64,000 nt of DNA, taken from the sequence record PQ310662.1; one strand, written 5' to 3'. The notes beneath the pieces are model-generated. The model saw nothing but the letters and a program-made list of their open reading frames with translations, did no database searches and was not told where the DNA came from. The stretch's first letter is position 1; the number at the start of each line of letters is the position of its first letter. Below are positions 19,076-29,454 of the stretch, in pieces. This DNA comes from Escherichia phage Mimir124. A program made the position numbers and the translations under genes.

Positions 19076-21124
19076 ATGAAAATCGAACTGATTTCTATCA
19101 TCGCACTGGCAGTTGACAGTCGAAACCTCACACTGTGGAAGCCAGATGGCTCCACGGTTGTATATCCACAAAGCGACCCACGGGTTGCTCGTATTGTATC
19201 TGAAGCACAGACTAAAGGTCTTGGCACTACCCAGGACCAAATAGAAGTAAACATTGCACCAGAAGTAGAACTTCGTACTGAATATCTGGAAGCAGAGAAG
19301 AACACCAACGGATTCGTCCGTTTCTTCAAGGTAGCTAAGGCTAAGCTAAAAGAGTTCTTCGAGGATGGTACAAGTGTTCAACCAGCCCGTATCATTTCAG
19401 ATATTAAACTGGGTAATCCTACAAAGACTCTGGTGTCTAAAGCTATGGATACCTTCCTGGCTGGCCAGGCAAATGAACCAGAAGTAACGGTGGCAGATGG
19501 TTGTTACGACAAACGTGACAATCTGATGTGGGTTACTGGTTGGGATAAGGACCATAACCATCTTGCACTGGTTCGTTTTATTAATGACGTACTGGGTTGG
19601 GGTTATGACCATACTAATCGCATCCTTGCACGGGAATGGCCTATTGGAATCCGTGCAGTATCCGATGATGAAATGGGTGAGTTTGCTAAACAAGCCAAGC
19701 ACATCAAAGGAGTACACATTGTATTCACCAGCCGTAAACATACCCCACCACCTTACATTGAAGTAGCTAAAACTACGAACCAGGATAAGCTGGCTGCTGC
19801 TTCTGAGAAGTTAGCTGCATTGGGTGCTATTAGTACCGATGACGCTAACTTCCACACTGAAGTGAAAGAAGATGAAGTGGTTGTTGCTGTTACCAACAAT
19901 GGGGTTATCCCTGGAGTTGAGAACCTGCAACGTCACCTACGCCAATCTGCCAAACTGAAAGACTATAAGGGCTTTACTAAGTTCCTTGAGCGTCTGGCTC
20001 CGGTTATTAAAGACCGTTTGCACTCAGTGGAAGACTTGATGAAGTTCATGGAAACTGCTGAACTGCCTATCGCTGATGATGGCTCTATCCTGTTCCTGAA
20101 ACGCCTTAAGTTCCGGGGTACAGAAGACGGTAAACGTGTATTCGTTGACTGTCACTCAGGTAACATCCGTCAGTGGGTAGGCTGTAAAGTACAGGTACGA
20201 GAAGACCTGGTAGACCCTGACCGTCGTCAGGACTGCTCTAATGGCCTACACGTAGCATCCATGAGCTATATCCGTAGCTTCGGTGGTAACGTAACTATCC
20301 TTGGTAAAGTAGCACCGGAAGATGTATTTGCTGTTCCTCAGTACAGCACCAATAAGATGCGTGTATCTGCATATCATATTATTGCTGAACTGCCGGAAGA
20401 AGAACGTAATAACGTTAACAATGGTATCTACCTGTCTAAGACAGAAGTAGGTAAAAAGTTGCTTAATGATGCCATCGTTGGGAACCATAGTTCACCTACC
20501 ACTCTTATTATGGTTGGTGGACATCGTGGTACTAACCTCAAATACACTAATCTTACATCTGGTTCTGTAGAACAATTCCGTACAGTTGCTAGTAAAGAAG
20601 CACTGAACATGGAAGAGTCACTGAATGAAGCCGTAGCTGCTGAACCAGTGAAGGCTACTGACCTTAAACCTGTTATTAAGAAGGCTCCTACTGTGAAAGA
20701 ACAAATCCAGGAACTGGTCAAAGAGTTCCTTAATGCAACAACCCCGGAAGATAAGTTAGCTGCTGCTGACCTTCTGGTAGAACTGCGTTCCAAAGCCAGA
20801 AAGCCTTGGGGTGCATTCGACGTAGGTAGTGATGTAGTAGACGCTATTGCTACTATCCGTAGTACTCGTATTCCTGCACCTAAAGCTGTTAAGCAGGATA
20901 AGACAGTTAAACCTACACGTTCTGCTGCTGCCACTAAAGTAGCTCCGTCTGGTAAACACGCTGATAATCTGCGTAGCATCCTGAACGATACGACGTACTC
21001 CGACTATCAGAAAGGCCATGCTCTGCAAGACTATAAGCGTCATGCTAAGAAGTCATTCACTGCAATGGGTCTGACTGAAGAAGAAGCTAAGTTAGCTACC
21101 AAGCTGGTTAAGGCTGCTAAGTAA
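19076..21124 (+). CDS. rIIB-like protein (assigned by position after rIIA-like)
   Basis: 682-aa ORF immediately after the rIIA-like gene; no diagnostic motif recognised. Confidence 0.3.
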   Translation: MKIELISIIALAVDSRNLTLWKPDGSTVVYPQSDPRVARIVSEAQTKGLGTTQDQIEVNIAPEVELRTEYLEAEKNTNGFVRFFKVAKAKLKEFFEDGTSVQPARIISDIKLGNPTKTLVSKAMDTFLAGQANEPEVTVADGCYDKRDNLMWVTGWDKDHNHLALVRFINDVLGWGYDHTNRILAREWPIGIRAVSDDEMGEFAKQAKHIKGVHIVFTSRKHTPPPYIEVAKTTNQDKLAAASEKLAALGAISTDDANFHTEVKEDEVVVAVTNNGVIPGVENLQRHLRQSAKLKDYKGFTKFLERLAPVIKDRLHSVEDLMKFMETAELPIADDGSILFLKRLKFRGTEDGKRVFVDCHSGNIRQWVGCKVQVREDLVDPDRRQDCSNGLHVASMSYIRSFGGNVTILGKVAPEDVFAVPQYSTNKMRVSAYHIIAELPEEERNNVNNGIYLSKTEVGKKLLNDAIVGNHSSPTTLIMVGGHRGTNLKYTNLTSGSVEQFRTVASKEALNMEESLNEAVAAEPVKATDLKPVIKKAPTVKEQIQELVKEFLNATTPEDKLAAADLLVELRSKARKPWGAFDVGSDVVDAIATIRSTRIPAPKAVKQDKTVKPTRSAAATKVAPSGKHADNLRSILNDTTYSDYQKGHALQDYKRHAKKSFTAMGLTEEEAKLATKLVKAAK

Positions 21125-21303
21125 TGGTTAGCATTGATAAGGTGGATATACGGGAAGTAATCACACCCCTAAAGCAAACCGTTATAAGGATTTGTGTAAA
21201 GTACAACGGACACTTTGGTCAATTCTTTGAAGGCTTGTCTCTAGAAGATGCGATGAAAGAGTTCGGAGAATGGTATAAGAACCAGTCCTAGCCTGTTCAA
21301 AAG

Positions 21304-21334
21304 CCCTCACTTGTAATAAAGTGAGGGTAATTTT
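21304..21334 (+). terminator. probable terminator
   Basis: ccctcactt-gtaata-aagtgaggg hairpin followed by taatttt. Confidence 0.45.
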
Positions 21335-21350
21335 GAGGAGGAAATAAGCT

Positions 21351-21707
21351 ATGTCTAAAGTATTCAGAAGTAATCGCAAAGCAACTGATGAAGACATCAT
21401 TCGCATGAATGCTGTTGGTCTGTCCCTCGCAACTATCGCTAAGACGTTGGGGGTTCACCCCACTACGGTTACACTTCGGCTACGTTCTTTGAATATAGAA
21501 CCTGCGGATACAAGAAGAACCTTTATGGAAAATGTTCTAACTCCACTACCTACACCTATGATTGATTGGTTAGCTGAACAGCTCGGCCCTAAATATGAAA
21601 TTAGGCAGTTTGTAAGGGATTTGCTGATAGATGCCTATAAGAATAGACAAGCAACAGACCTCCCTGCACACATCCGTTACTTACGGGCATATGGGGGGGA
21701 AGAATAA
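21351..21707 (+). CDS. putative HTH DNA-binding protein
   Basis: LSLATIAKTLGVHPTTVTLRL resembles a helix-turn-helix. Confidence 0.4.
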   Translation: MSKVFRSNRKATDEDIIRMNAVGLSLATIAKTLGVHPTTVTLRLRSLNIEPADTRRTFMENVLTPLPTPMIDWLAEQLGPKYEIRQFVRDLLIDAYKNRQATDLPAHIRYLRAYGGEE

Positions 21708-21724
21708 TTTCCATAGAGGTACTA

Positions 21725-22204
21725 ATGCATAATTGGAATGAAATACTTACCTACTCTAACGGTAAGCTGTACTGGGCAATAAAACCGAAACGGGGTACAC
21801 AAATAGGTGACCCCGTGGGAAATCCGAATAAAAACGGGTATTTACGTTTTCAATATAAAGGAAAACATTATTTAGTCCACCGCATTGTGTGGGAAATGCA
21901 CTATGGAGAAATACCCATGGGAATGCAGGTAGACCACATATGGCATAACAAGCTAGATAATAGGATAGAGAATCTTAGGTTAGTGACTCCTCTGGATAAC
22001 CAGAGAAACAGAAGTAAAGCTCCAAAAAATACATCAGGAGTTACAGGTGTATGTTGGAGCAAACCAAGTGCTAAGTGGTTAGCGAGTATAACTGTTAAGG
22101 GTATTCGTAAACACTTAGGAATGTTTGACAATATAGAGGATGCTGCAAAAGCCCGTAAGCAAGCAGAATTGCTTTACGGATTCCATCCTAATCACGGTAA
22201 ATAA
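21725..22204 (+). CDS. HNH homing endonuclease with AP2-like domain
   Basis: VDHIWHNKLDNRIENLRLVTPLDNQRN plus SGVTGVCW...AAKARKQAELLYGF; N-terminus parallels the 10848 ORF. Confidence 0.7.
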   Translation: MHNWNEILTYSNGKLYWAIKPKRGTQIGDPVGNPNKNGYLRFQYKGKHYLVHRIVWEMHYGEIPMGMQVDHIWHNKLDNRIENLRLVTPLDNQRNRSKAPKNTSGVTGVCWSKPSAKWLASITVKGIRKHLGMFDNIEDAAKARKQAELLYGFHPNHGK

Positions 22205-22206
22205 CT

Positions 22207-22659
22207 ATGAGTAATTCTTTAAACGATACGCTGGAAAACACACGGCAATGGTTTGAAATCGCAGTAGCGAATCCGACGAGTAAGAACATTAGTACCCAGA
22301 TTGGTTGTCATCTGGAAGAAGTAGCTGAAATGCTGGAGACAATTAGTAGTATCTATAAAGATGACGCTAAAATACTTGCTTCCTTACACGATGCTATTAA
22401 CTACGTAGCAGACCGTATTAAACAAAACGGTGGTATTGTTGTGAAAGACCCTATAGGACTTTTGGACAGCATTGCTGATCAGATTGTTACAGCAACTGGC
22501 GTCGGTACTTTCCTTGGGATGAATGTCCCTGGAGCATTGGCTGAAGTCAATCGCTCAAACTATTCCAAGTTCGAAGATGGGGAACCTATCTTCAACGAGA
22601 ACAAGAAAGTCATGAAAGGGAAAGACTACACTCCCCCCGATTTATCACCTTACATCTAA
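22207..22659 (+). CDS. MazG-like nucleotide pyrophosphohydrolase (putative)
   Basis: HLEEVAEMLE and DSIADQIV resemble MazG-type EE..E / D..D metal-binding helices. Confidence 0.4.
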   Translation: MSNSLNDTLENTRQWFEIAVANPTSKNISTQIGCHLEEVAEMLETISSIYKDDAKILASLHDAINYVADRIKQNGGIVVKDPIGLLDSIADQIVTATGVGTFLGMNVPGALAEVNRSNYSKFEDGEPIFNENKKVMKGKDYTPPDLSPYI

Positions 22660-22680
22660 CCCTCTACGGAGGGTTTTTTA
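22660..22680 (+). terminator. rho-independent terminator
   Basis: ccctc-tacg-gaggg followed by tttttt. Confidence 0.6.
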
Positions 22681-22692
22681 CTGGAGATTTAA

Positions 22693-24003
22693 ATGTTTTC
22701 CAAACCTACCAAAGCCCCATTGAACCAGGGGCAAGAAGCGGTTGCGAAGGAGTTCTTCGACTTCCTGCTCGACCCTAATGCCACAGAGTTCGGAATCAGT
22801 GGACCTGGAGGAACTGGTAAGACATTCCTGATGTCGCACCTGATTGATGACACTATGCCTGCATATATGGAAACCTGTTCTTTGATGGGAACCAAGCCTC
22901 TGTATAACGAAGTTGTCATGACAGCGACCACGAACAAAGCTGCTGAAGTTCTGGCTCAAGCTACGGGGCGTCCAACCTCTACCTATCATTCCTTCCAGGG
23001 ACTGATTGTTAAGAATGACTTTAAGACGGGTGAGGCTAATGTCGTACCTTCTAAATCATTCACTATTAAGAAGAACAAGATTATCTTCGTAGATGAAGCA
23101 TCCATGATTGACCGTCAGTTACTTAAGTATGCTCGTGAAGGTACTCACCAGTGCAAACTGGTATTCGTAGGTGATGCTTCTCAGCTTCTGCCTGTTAAAG
23201 AGAGTAAGTCTCCAGTGTATGCAGGTAATATCCCAACACACTATCTGACCGAACAGATGCGTACTGATACACCAGAACTCAAAGCATTGCACCAGCAATT
23301 GCGTGATACGGTGGAAGGTAAGACAGGCTTCCTGCCTATTAAATGTATTCCAGGCATTATTGACTGGGTGCAGGGAGAAGAGATGGAGAAACTGGTTCTC
23401 AGTCACTTCACTCAGCCTACCAATAGCCGTATTGTTGCTTACACAAATGACCAGGTTATTAATTACAATAACTACATACGTGAAGCTAACGGATATGTGG
23501 GTGAATACTCCATTGGCGAACAGTTAGTCTCTAACTCAGCCGTTCGCTTGGGCGTGGATGACCGTCTGTCTATCGAGCAGGACGTAAAACTCATTGACCA
23601 GGATAGCAGTACTCGCATGATTAAAGTTACAGGTGACCTGGAACTGGAAGTCCGTGACAGTACTCTAGACCTTGGCTATGGTGGTATTGTAAGTGAAGTA
23701 CCAGTTCCTACCGACCCAGACTACTTCAACCGTTTAGTTAAGTGGTTAGGTAAAGAGAAGAACTGGGAACCTTACTTCCGTCTTAAAGAAACCATTCCAG
23801 ACCTTCGTGCTACCCATGCATGTACTGTTCATAAATCACAAGGCTCTACTTACGACACAATCTTTATTGATGCAAATGACCTCTCAAGCTGTCGCCAACC
23901 TGATATGGTTGCCCGTCTGCTTTACGTCGCTGTGTCTCGTGCACGTAAGCGTGTAGTGTTCTATGGAAATCTCGCCAGTAAGTACGGTGGTCTAACTTTC
24001 TAA
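22693..24003 (+). CDS. Dda/RecD-like superfamily 1 DNA helicase
   Basis: Walker A GPGGTGKTF, FVDEASM (Walker B), GDASQLLPV, TVHKSQGSTYD, AVSRARKRV. Confidence 0.75.
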   Translation: MFSKPTKAPLNQGQEAVAKEFFDFLLDPNATEFGISGPGGTGKTFLMSHLIDDTMPAYMETCSLMGTKPLYNEVVMTATTNKAAEVLAQATGRPTSTYHSFQGLIVKNDFKTGEANVVPSKSFTIKKNKIIFVDEASMIDRQLLKYAREGTHQCKLVFVGDASQLLPVKESKSPVYAGNIPTHYLTEQMRTDTPELKALHQQLRDTVEGKTGFLPIKCIPGIIDWVQGEEMEKLVLSHFTQPTNSRIVAYTNDQVINYNNYIREANGYVGEYSIGEQLVSNSAVRLGVDDRLSIEQDVKLIDQDSSTRMIKVTGDLELEVRDSTLDLGYGGIVSEVPVPTDPDYFNRLVKWLGKEKNWEPYFRLKETIPDLRATHACTVHKSQGSTYDTIFIDANDLSSCRQPDMVARLLYVAVSRARKRVVFYGNLASKYGGLTF

Positions 24004-24013
24004 GGGAGGGTAT

Positions 24014-24544
24014 ATGCCTCAGATTGGTTCAGCGACTATTGGTCAGGTTGCCAATAGTAGTGAGATAGTCAAGCACCTGTTCTTAGCAGAACTAGTTCGT
24101 CTTGATGGTGTGTTAAACGGTATCATTGATAAGAATGACTGTATCAATGGTGTAGATGTATCGGCTGGCTTCCTTCACCAAGGGGAGTTCTATCAGCGTT
24201 CCAACGCTACCAGACCCCCAACCTATGGAGAACGATTAACACTTAATCCAGAACTTTGGCCTGCAATGGACAAGTATCTGAAAGCCTCCAGTCGTCTGAT
24301 TATGGAAGTACACCTTGTGAACCAGACTGTATATCGACTGGTTCGTGGTTGTATGTCCTATCAGGATGTACGTGATGCTTTACCTGAATGTCTGGTAGCA
24401 CAAGACCAGACTGGTCAGTACAAAGAGCTACCACGTACTCGTGAAGCAGCTTGGACTCTTGCTGGTGATGCTATGGCAATCAAACAGTATGAGAAGATTT
24501 TACCTTCTATTGAATACTATGCAGCTTCACATCTGATTTTCTAA
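24014..24544 (+). CDS. hypothetical protein (176 aa)
   Basis: ORF with GGGAGGG RBS. Confidence 0.45.
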   Translation: MPQIGSATIGQVANSSEIVKHLFLAELVRLDGVLNGIIDKNDCINGVDVSAGFLHQGEFYQRSNATRPPTYGERLTLNPELWPAMDKYLKASSRLIMEVHLVNQTVYRLVRGCMSYQDVRDALPECLVAQDQTGQYKELPRTREAAWTLAGDAMAIKQYEKILPSIEYYAASHLIF

Positions 24545-24553
24545 GGTAAAGCT

Positions 24554-27133
24554 ATGCGTTACATCACCTCTCAGGATACTGGTAAGTATCCTATTGCTAT
24601 CCTCGGTCATCAAATCCGAAGGGAGGAGATGATTAAAACCTACCTGCTGCCTTATGACCTAAGCATGGAAGATTTCATCTTCCTTGAACTTCATTCTGCC
24701 CCTGGCAAGAAGAAAACTCCTGCAAGGGAGATTAAAGAGTTCATTCAGCAGGAACTACAACAAGTACTGGATGATGCAGAGACTCAGTACATTATCTGTA
24801 CCGACTCTGACTACTTCAAAATACTGACTAAAGAAGCTAAAGCAGAGGCTAACCTCGGCTATGTTTGCGACTCAGTATGGGGTAAACAGAAGGTTATCTA
24901 TACACCTAGCTACAGGCAGGTCTTTTATGACCCACCTGTGGTAAAAGCCAAGATTGCTCAGGGTATGGATGCATTACTTAACCACATTCGTGGGCAGTAT
25001 GCTGAACCAGGTCAGGGAATCATTGAGTTTGAAGCCTATCCAGATACACCCGAAAAGATTAAAGCCTGGCTAGACCAGTTGCTTGAGATGAATAAGCCTC
25101 TGGCTATAGACATCGAATCATTCGGTTTAAAGCACTATAACGCAGGCATAGGAACGATTACGTTCTGTTGGAGCAAGACACAAGGCATAGCCTTTAATGT
25201 GGACTACGAGCCAATTAAGGGGGCTACTGAGGCTCCTTATGGGCGTATTAACAGGAATGATGTTGTTCGTAACCTGTTGCGTGAGTTCTTCATTAAGTAC
25301 ACTCAACGGCAGATGTATCACAACATTAGCTATGACGTGTACATACTTATCTATCAGTTATTCATGGATAACCTGATTGATACGGAAGGCTTACTACATG
25401 GCATGGATATCATGCTACGTAATTGGGACTGTACTAAGTTAATCACCTACCTGGCTACTAACAGTTGTGCTGGCAATCACCTTAGTCTGAAAGAACAGGC
25501 CCAAGAGTATGCTGGTAACTACGCTCAGGATGATATTAAAGACATTCGTCTTATTCCTAATGAGCAACTGCTACGCTACAACCTCATTGATGGTTTGTGT
25601 ACGTGGTACACCTACGAGAAGCACTGGGATACTCTCATTGCTGATGACCAACTGGATGTTTACAACAACATCTTTAAACCAGCCTGTGAAGACATTATTC
25701 AGATGCAGTTAACCGGTATGCCCATGAATATGGAAACCGTTAACCAAGTAGCTGAAGAGATGGAAACTGACAGGAACCAGGCTCTGAAAACTATTCGTGA
25801 GTCTAAGCTCATGAAGAATTTCACCCTGATGCTTCGTCAGGAATGGGTAGATGATAAGAATGCTAAGCTCAAGAAGAAACAAGTAACACTTGCTGACTGT
25901 GACATCGAGTTTAACCCAAACTCTGGTCCACAATTACAAAAACTGTTATTTGATTATATTGGCTTACCAGTTCTTGGTCTTACTAAGAGCAAGCAACCTG
26001 CTACTGACGGTGACACTATTAAAGCACTGCGTACACATACGCAGAGTGAAGATGTTAAGGAACTGCTCAATGCACTTATCGACTATAAGCTCGTGGATAA
26101 GATTATCACTAGCTTCATCCCGGCTTTTAGAAATGCCCAACCTGGGCCAGATGGTTGGCACTACCTATTCGGCAACCTCAATTTGGGGGGAACAGTTTCT
26201 GGTAGATTATCTGCCTCTGAGCCAAACCTGCAAACCATACCGTCTGGTTCTAAGTATGCCAAGAAGATTAAGAAATGCTTCGAAGCACCACCAGGTTGGA
26301 TATTTTGTGGACTGGACTTTGCGAGCCTTGAAGACCGTATCTCAGCTTTAACTACTAAAGACCCACAGAAGCTTAAGGTATATACCGATGGCTACGATGG
26401 TCACAGTCTCCGTGCATATGCTTACTTCGGTGAGCAGATGCCAGACATAGTAGATACTGTAGAATCCATTAACTCCATTCAGCATAAGTACAAATCCTTA
26501 CGTAGTGACTCGAAGGCTCCAACCTTCCTACTTACCTATGGTGGTACATATATGGGCTTAATGAAAAACTGTGGCTTCTCTGAAGAGAAGGCTAAGACTA
26601 CAGAGAAGCGTTATCACGACCTCTATGTGGTAAGTGATATGTGGGTTCAGGCTAAGCTAGACGAAGCTGCCAAAACTGGTTATGTTACTGCTGCATTTGG
26701 TTTGAGAGTGCGTACTCCTTTACTGGCTCAGGTATTACGTGGGACATGTAAGACTCCATATGAAGCAGAAGCTGAAGGCAGAACTGCTGGCAATGCCTTG
26801 GGGCAAAGCTGGTGTCTACTGAATAACCGTGCTGGTTCAGAGTTTATGCGTAAAGTCAGAGCCAGTGAGTTCAGGCTAGATATACGCCCTAGTATTCACA
26901 TTCATGATGCACAGTACTTCATGATTCGTGACAACATGGATACCTTGCAGTACACGAACAAGCATTTGGTTGAAGCCGTTAACTGGCAAGACCATCCTGA
27001 TATTGCTCATCCAGAAGTTGGTTTGGGCGGGGAACTATCCTTGTTCTACCCAACGTGGGCTAACGAGATTGAGATTCCAAATCACGCTACCCCAGAAGAA
27101 GTTCATCAAATAATTCAAAAGGCATTCGCATGA
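24554..27133 (+). CDS. family A DNA polymerase with 3'-5' exonuclease domain
   Basis: IDIESFGL (exo I), RLSASEPNLQTIP (motif A region), KAPTFLLTYGGTYMG (motif B), IHIHDAQYF (motif C); 859 aa. Confidence 0.85.
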   Translation: MRYITSQDTGKYPIAILGHQIRREEMIKTYLLPYDLSMEDFIFLELHSAPGKKKTPAREIKEFIQQELQQVLDDAETQYIICTDSDYFKILTKEAKAEANLGYVCDSVWGKQKVIYTPSYRQVFYDPPVVKAKIAQGMDALLNHIRGQYAEPGQGIIEFEAYPDTPEKIKAWLDQLLEMNKPLAIDIESFGLKHYNAGIGTITFCWSKTQGIAFNVDYEPIKGATEAPYGRINRNDVVRNLLREFFIKYTQRQMYHNISYDVYILIYQLFMDNLIDTEGLLHGMDIMLRNWDCTKLITYLATNSCAGNHLSLKEQAQEYAGNYAQDDIKDIRLIPNEQLLRYNLIDGLCTWYTYEKHWDTLIADDQLDVYNNIFKPACEDIIQMQLTGMPMNMETVNQVAEEMETDRNQALKTIRESKLMKNFTLMLRQEWVDDKNAKLKKKQVTLADCDIEFNPNSGPQLQKLLFDYIGLPVLGLTKSKQPATDGDTIKALRTHTQSEDVKELLNALIDYKLVDKIITSFIPAFRNAQPGPDGWHYLFGNLNLGGTVSGRLSASEPNLQTIPSGSKYAKKIKKCFEAPPGWIFCGLDFASLEDRISALTTKDPQKLKVYTDGYDGHSLRAYAYFGEQMPDIVDTVESINSIQHKYKSLRSDSKAPTFLLTYGGTYMGLMKNCGFSEEKAKTTEKRYHDLYVVSDMWVQAKLDEAAKTGYVTAAFGLRVRTPLLAQVLRGTCKTPYEAEAEGRTAGNALGQSWCLLNNRAGSEFMRKVRASEFRLDIRPSIHIHDAQYFMIRDNMDTLQYTNKHLVEAVNWQDHPDIAHPEVGLGGELSLFYPTWANEIEIPNHATPEEVHQIIQKAFA

Positions 27134-27435
27134 CTAAAAGTACTAAAGAAACCGTCGTCAAAAAATATCATTGGATGGTGGCAGCACAGGTAATCTTCCA
27201 GCTTCCTAAAGCCGATGATGGTTCCCTGCTTACCATGAACACAATGCTGCTCACTGACGAACCTCATGTGACGTATAAAGATTTGGCCCGTGTCAATCAC
27301 TCTCTGAAGATTAGTCTGGACCAGCGTTTTGATACTTCGGTTGACCTGAAAGACATTGTTTATCTGTCCATCAATAACCTGGGTCTGATGTCTGAACCAG
27401 AGTTCCAGGCAAACATGATTCCCAAGGGGGAATAA
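27130..27435 (+). CDS. hypothetical protein (101 aa)
   Basis: ORF overlapping the DNA polymerase stop by 4 bp. Confidence 0.4.
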   Translation: MTKSTKETVVKKYHWMVAAQVIFQLPKADDGSLLTMNTMLLTDEPHVTYKDLARVNHSLKISLDQRFDTSVDLKDIVYLSINNLGLMSEPEFQANMIPKGE

Positions 27436-27908
27436 TGACTAAGCTCTCCGGCGGATTGAATAACTGGTATGTAGTACCAATTAAGAACCCCCAACGGAAA
27501 GAGCAAGAGCCATACCAAGCAGAGTGTGAGGATATTATCCAAGCACTGGGCATGACCTTTGATGAAGGTTGTGCCTTTAAAGCTCTATGGCGAAACGCTG
27601 CTGCCCGTATGGGTAATGGTAAACCTGGAAACACTACAGTGTATGATTGTGAGAAGCTAGTTCATTATGCTAATCGTCTACTTGCTAAAGCTTACCTTGA
27701 TTCTAGGGATAGTGGTGAAGTAGTTAAGTTGGAAGAATCCTGTACCGATTGGGTTTACAGTAATGAAAGACCTTCCTTCATGCGTAAGTGGAAGAAGATT
27801 GAGTATGAGTACAAAAACCATTGTAAAACATACACATGCTTTTCGGGAGAACCACAGTTCCAGTCTATCAATTGGGCAGATATTTACCGTTATAGGATTT
27901 TCTACTAA
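27435..27908 (+). CDS. hypothetical protein (157 aa)
   Basis: ORF coupled to preceding gene. Confidence 0.4.
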   Translation: MTKLSGGLNNWYVVPIKNPQRKEQEPYQAECEDIIQALGMTFDEGCAFKALWRNAAARMGNGKPGNTTVYDCEKLVHYANRLLAKAYLDSRDSGEVVKLEESCTDWVYSNERPSFMRKWKKIEYEYKNHCKTYTCFSGEPQFQSINWADIYRYRIFY

Positions 27909-27979
27909 TGAAAATAACCAACAACCATGATGTCTCACTGGCCCTGGCTGTATGGCTATTGCATGACGAGTAACTAATT

Positions 27980-28477
27980 ATGAAACAGAGGATTGCCCAT
28001 GACAGGCTTTTACAGCTTGTTAGTTATGACCCTATTTCCGGGATTTTTACTCGTAGGAATACCGGAAAGGTATCCGGTTACCTAATGAAGAGTGGCTACA
28101 TTCAACTTCGTGTGGATAGCGTGTTGTACTATGGGCATATCCTTGCATGGTTTTATGTGCACGGTGTATGGCCTACGGATAGGATTGACCATAAGGACAA
28201 TATACGCCATCACAACTGGATAGATAACCTCAGAGAAGCGACCCACAAGCAGAATAACCAGAGTGCTGTTTTATCTAAAACAAACACATCTGGGTTTAAG
28301 GGTGTCTCCTTTTCAAAGAGTATGGGTAAGTACAGAGCAACTATTTGGGTTAATAGCAAACCAATTACATTAGGTTACACAGATAACCCAATAGAGGCTG
28401 CTGTTCTCTACGATGAAGCTGCTGTAACTCATTATGGTGAGTTTGCCAAAACCAACAAACAATTAGGACTGTTATGA
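27980..28477 (+). CDS. HNH homing endonuclease with AP2-like domain
   Basis: IDHKDNIRHHNWIDNLREATHKQN plus SGFKGV...YGEFAKTNKQL; close paralog of 6030 ORF. Confidence 0.7.
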   Translation: MKQRIAHDRLLQLVSYDPISGIFTRRNTGKVSGYLMKSGYIQLRVDSVLYYGHILAWFYVHGVWPTDRIDHKDNIRHHNWIDNLREATHKQNNQSAVLSKTNTSGFKGVSFSKSMGKYRATIWVNSKPITLGYTDNPIEAAVLYDEAAVTHYGEFAKTNKQLGLL

Positions 28478-29454
28478 AACTTACTAACAATCATGATGTT
28501 AGTCTTGCACTAGCTGTTTGGCTTGTTACAGATGATTATGATTACGTAGACAATCCTAAGTACCTGTCTGCTACTACATTGCTTAAACCTATTAAGCAAA
28601 TCGTCATGAAGCATCGTGTAGATTTTAGTGACCAGTCAATTGATGTTATGGATTTCGTATCCACATCAATGGGTACTGGCTTACATGACTCTATAGAGAA
28701 AGCCTGGAAGCTAGGTCATAAGACTGCATTGAAGAAGTTGGGTTACCCTCAACGAGTAATTGATGCAGTAGTCATTAACCCAACCAAAGCAGACTTTGCT
28801 ACTAATCCTGACCTTATCCCAATCTACATTGAACAACGTGGAACCAAGCAGGTTAAGGGATGGACTATTGGTGGTAAATTCGACATCGTAACAGAAGGTC
28901 TGTTACAAGACTTCAAGTCTACCTCAACCTATTCTTGGGTTGCTGGTTCCCGTGATGATGAACACAAGATGCAAGGCAGCTTGTACCGTTGGATTCACAA
29001 CGACATCATTACTGAGGATGTAATTCGTATTAACTACATCTTCACTGACTTCATGAAACACATGGCTAACAGCAATCCGAACTATCCTGCTAATCGTATT
29101 ATGCATAAGGATATACCGTTGCTGTCTGTCGAGAAGACTGAGCGTTGGGTGGAAGAGAAGATTCACTTAATCGAAAAGTACTGGGATGCACCTGAAGAGG
29201 AAATCCCTGAATGTACTGACGAGGAGTTGTGGCGAACAGAGCCACAGTTCAAATACTTCTCTGATGCTTCTAAGGTAGATGTACCTGGAGCCAGAAGTAC
29301 CAAAAACTTTGACGATATGGCATCTGCCCGTATCTTCATGGCTGAAAAGGGTGGCAAGGGTGCTATCAAGGTCGTGGAGGGACAGGTTAAAAGATGTCTT
29401 TACTGCCCTGTCGCTTCTATTTGCAAACAAAGAGAGAGATATTTTCCATCATGA
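28474..29454 (+). CDS. PD-(D/E)XK-family nuclease (RecB/Cas4-like, putative)
   Basis: GKFDIVTEGLLQDFKSTSTY (D..E.K-like core) and C-terminal CLYCPVASIC cysteine cluster. Confidence 0.4.
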   Translation: MKLTNNHDVSLALAVWLVTDDYDYVDNPKYLSATTLLKPIKQIVMKHRVDFSDQSIDVMDFVSTSMGTGLHDSIEKAWKLGHKTALKKLGYPQRVIDAVVINPTKADFATNPDLIPIYIEQRGTKQVKGWTIGGKFDIVTEGLLQDFKSTSTYSWVAGSRDDEHKMQGSLYRWIHNDIITEDVIRINYIFTDFMKHMANSNPNYPANRIMHKDIPLLSVEKTERWVEEKIHLIEKYWDAPEEEIPECTDEELWRTEPQFKYFSDASKVDVPGARSTKNFDDMASARIFMAEKGGKGAIKVVEGQVKRCLYCPVASICKQRERYFPS

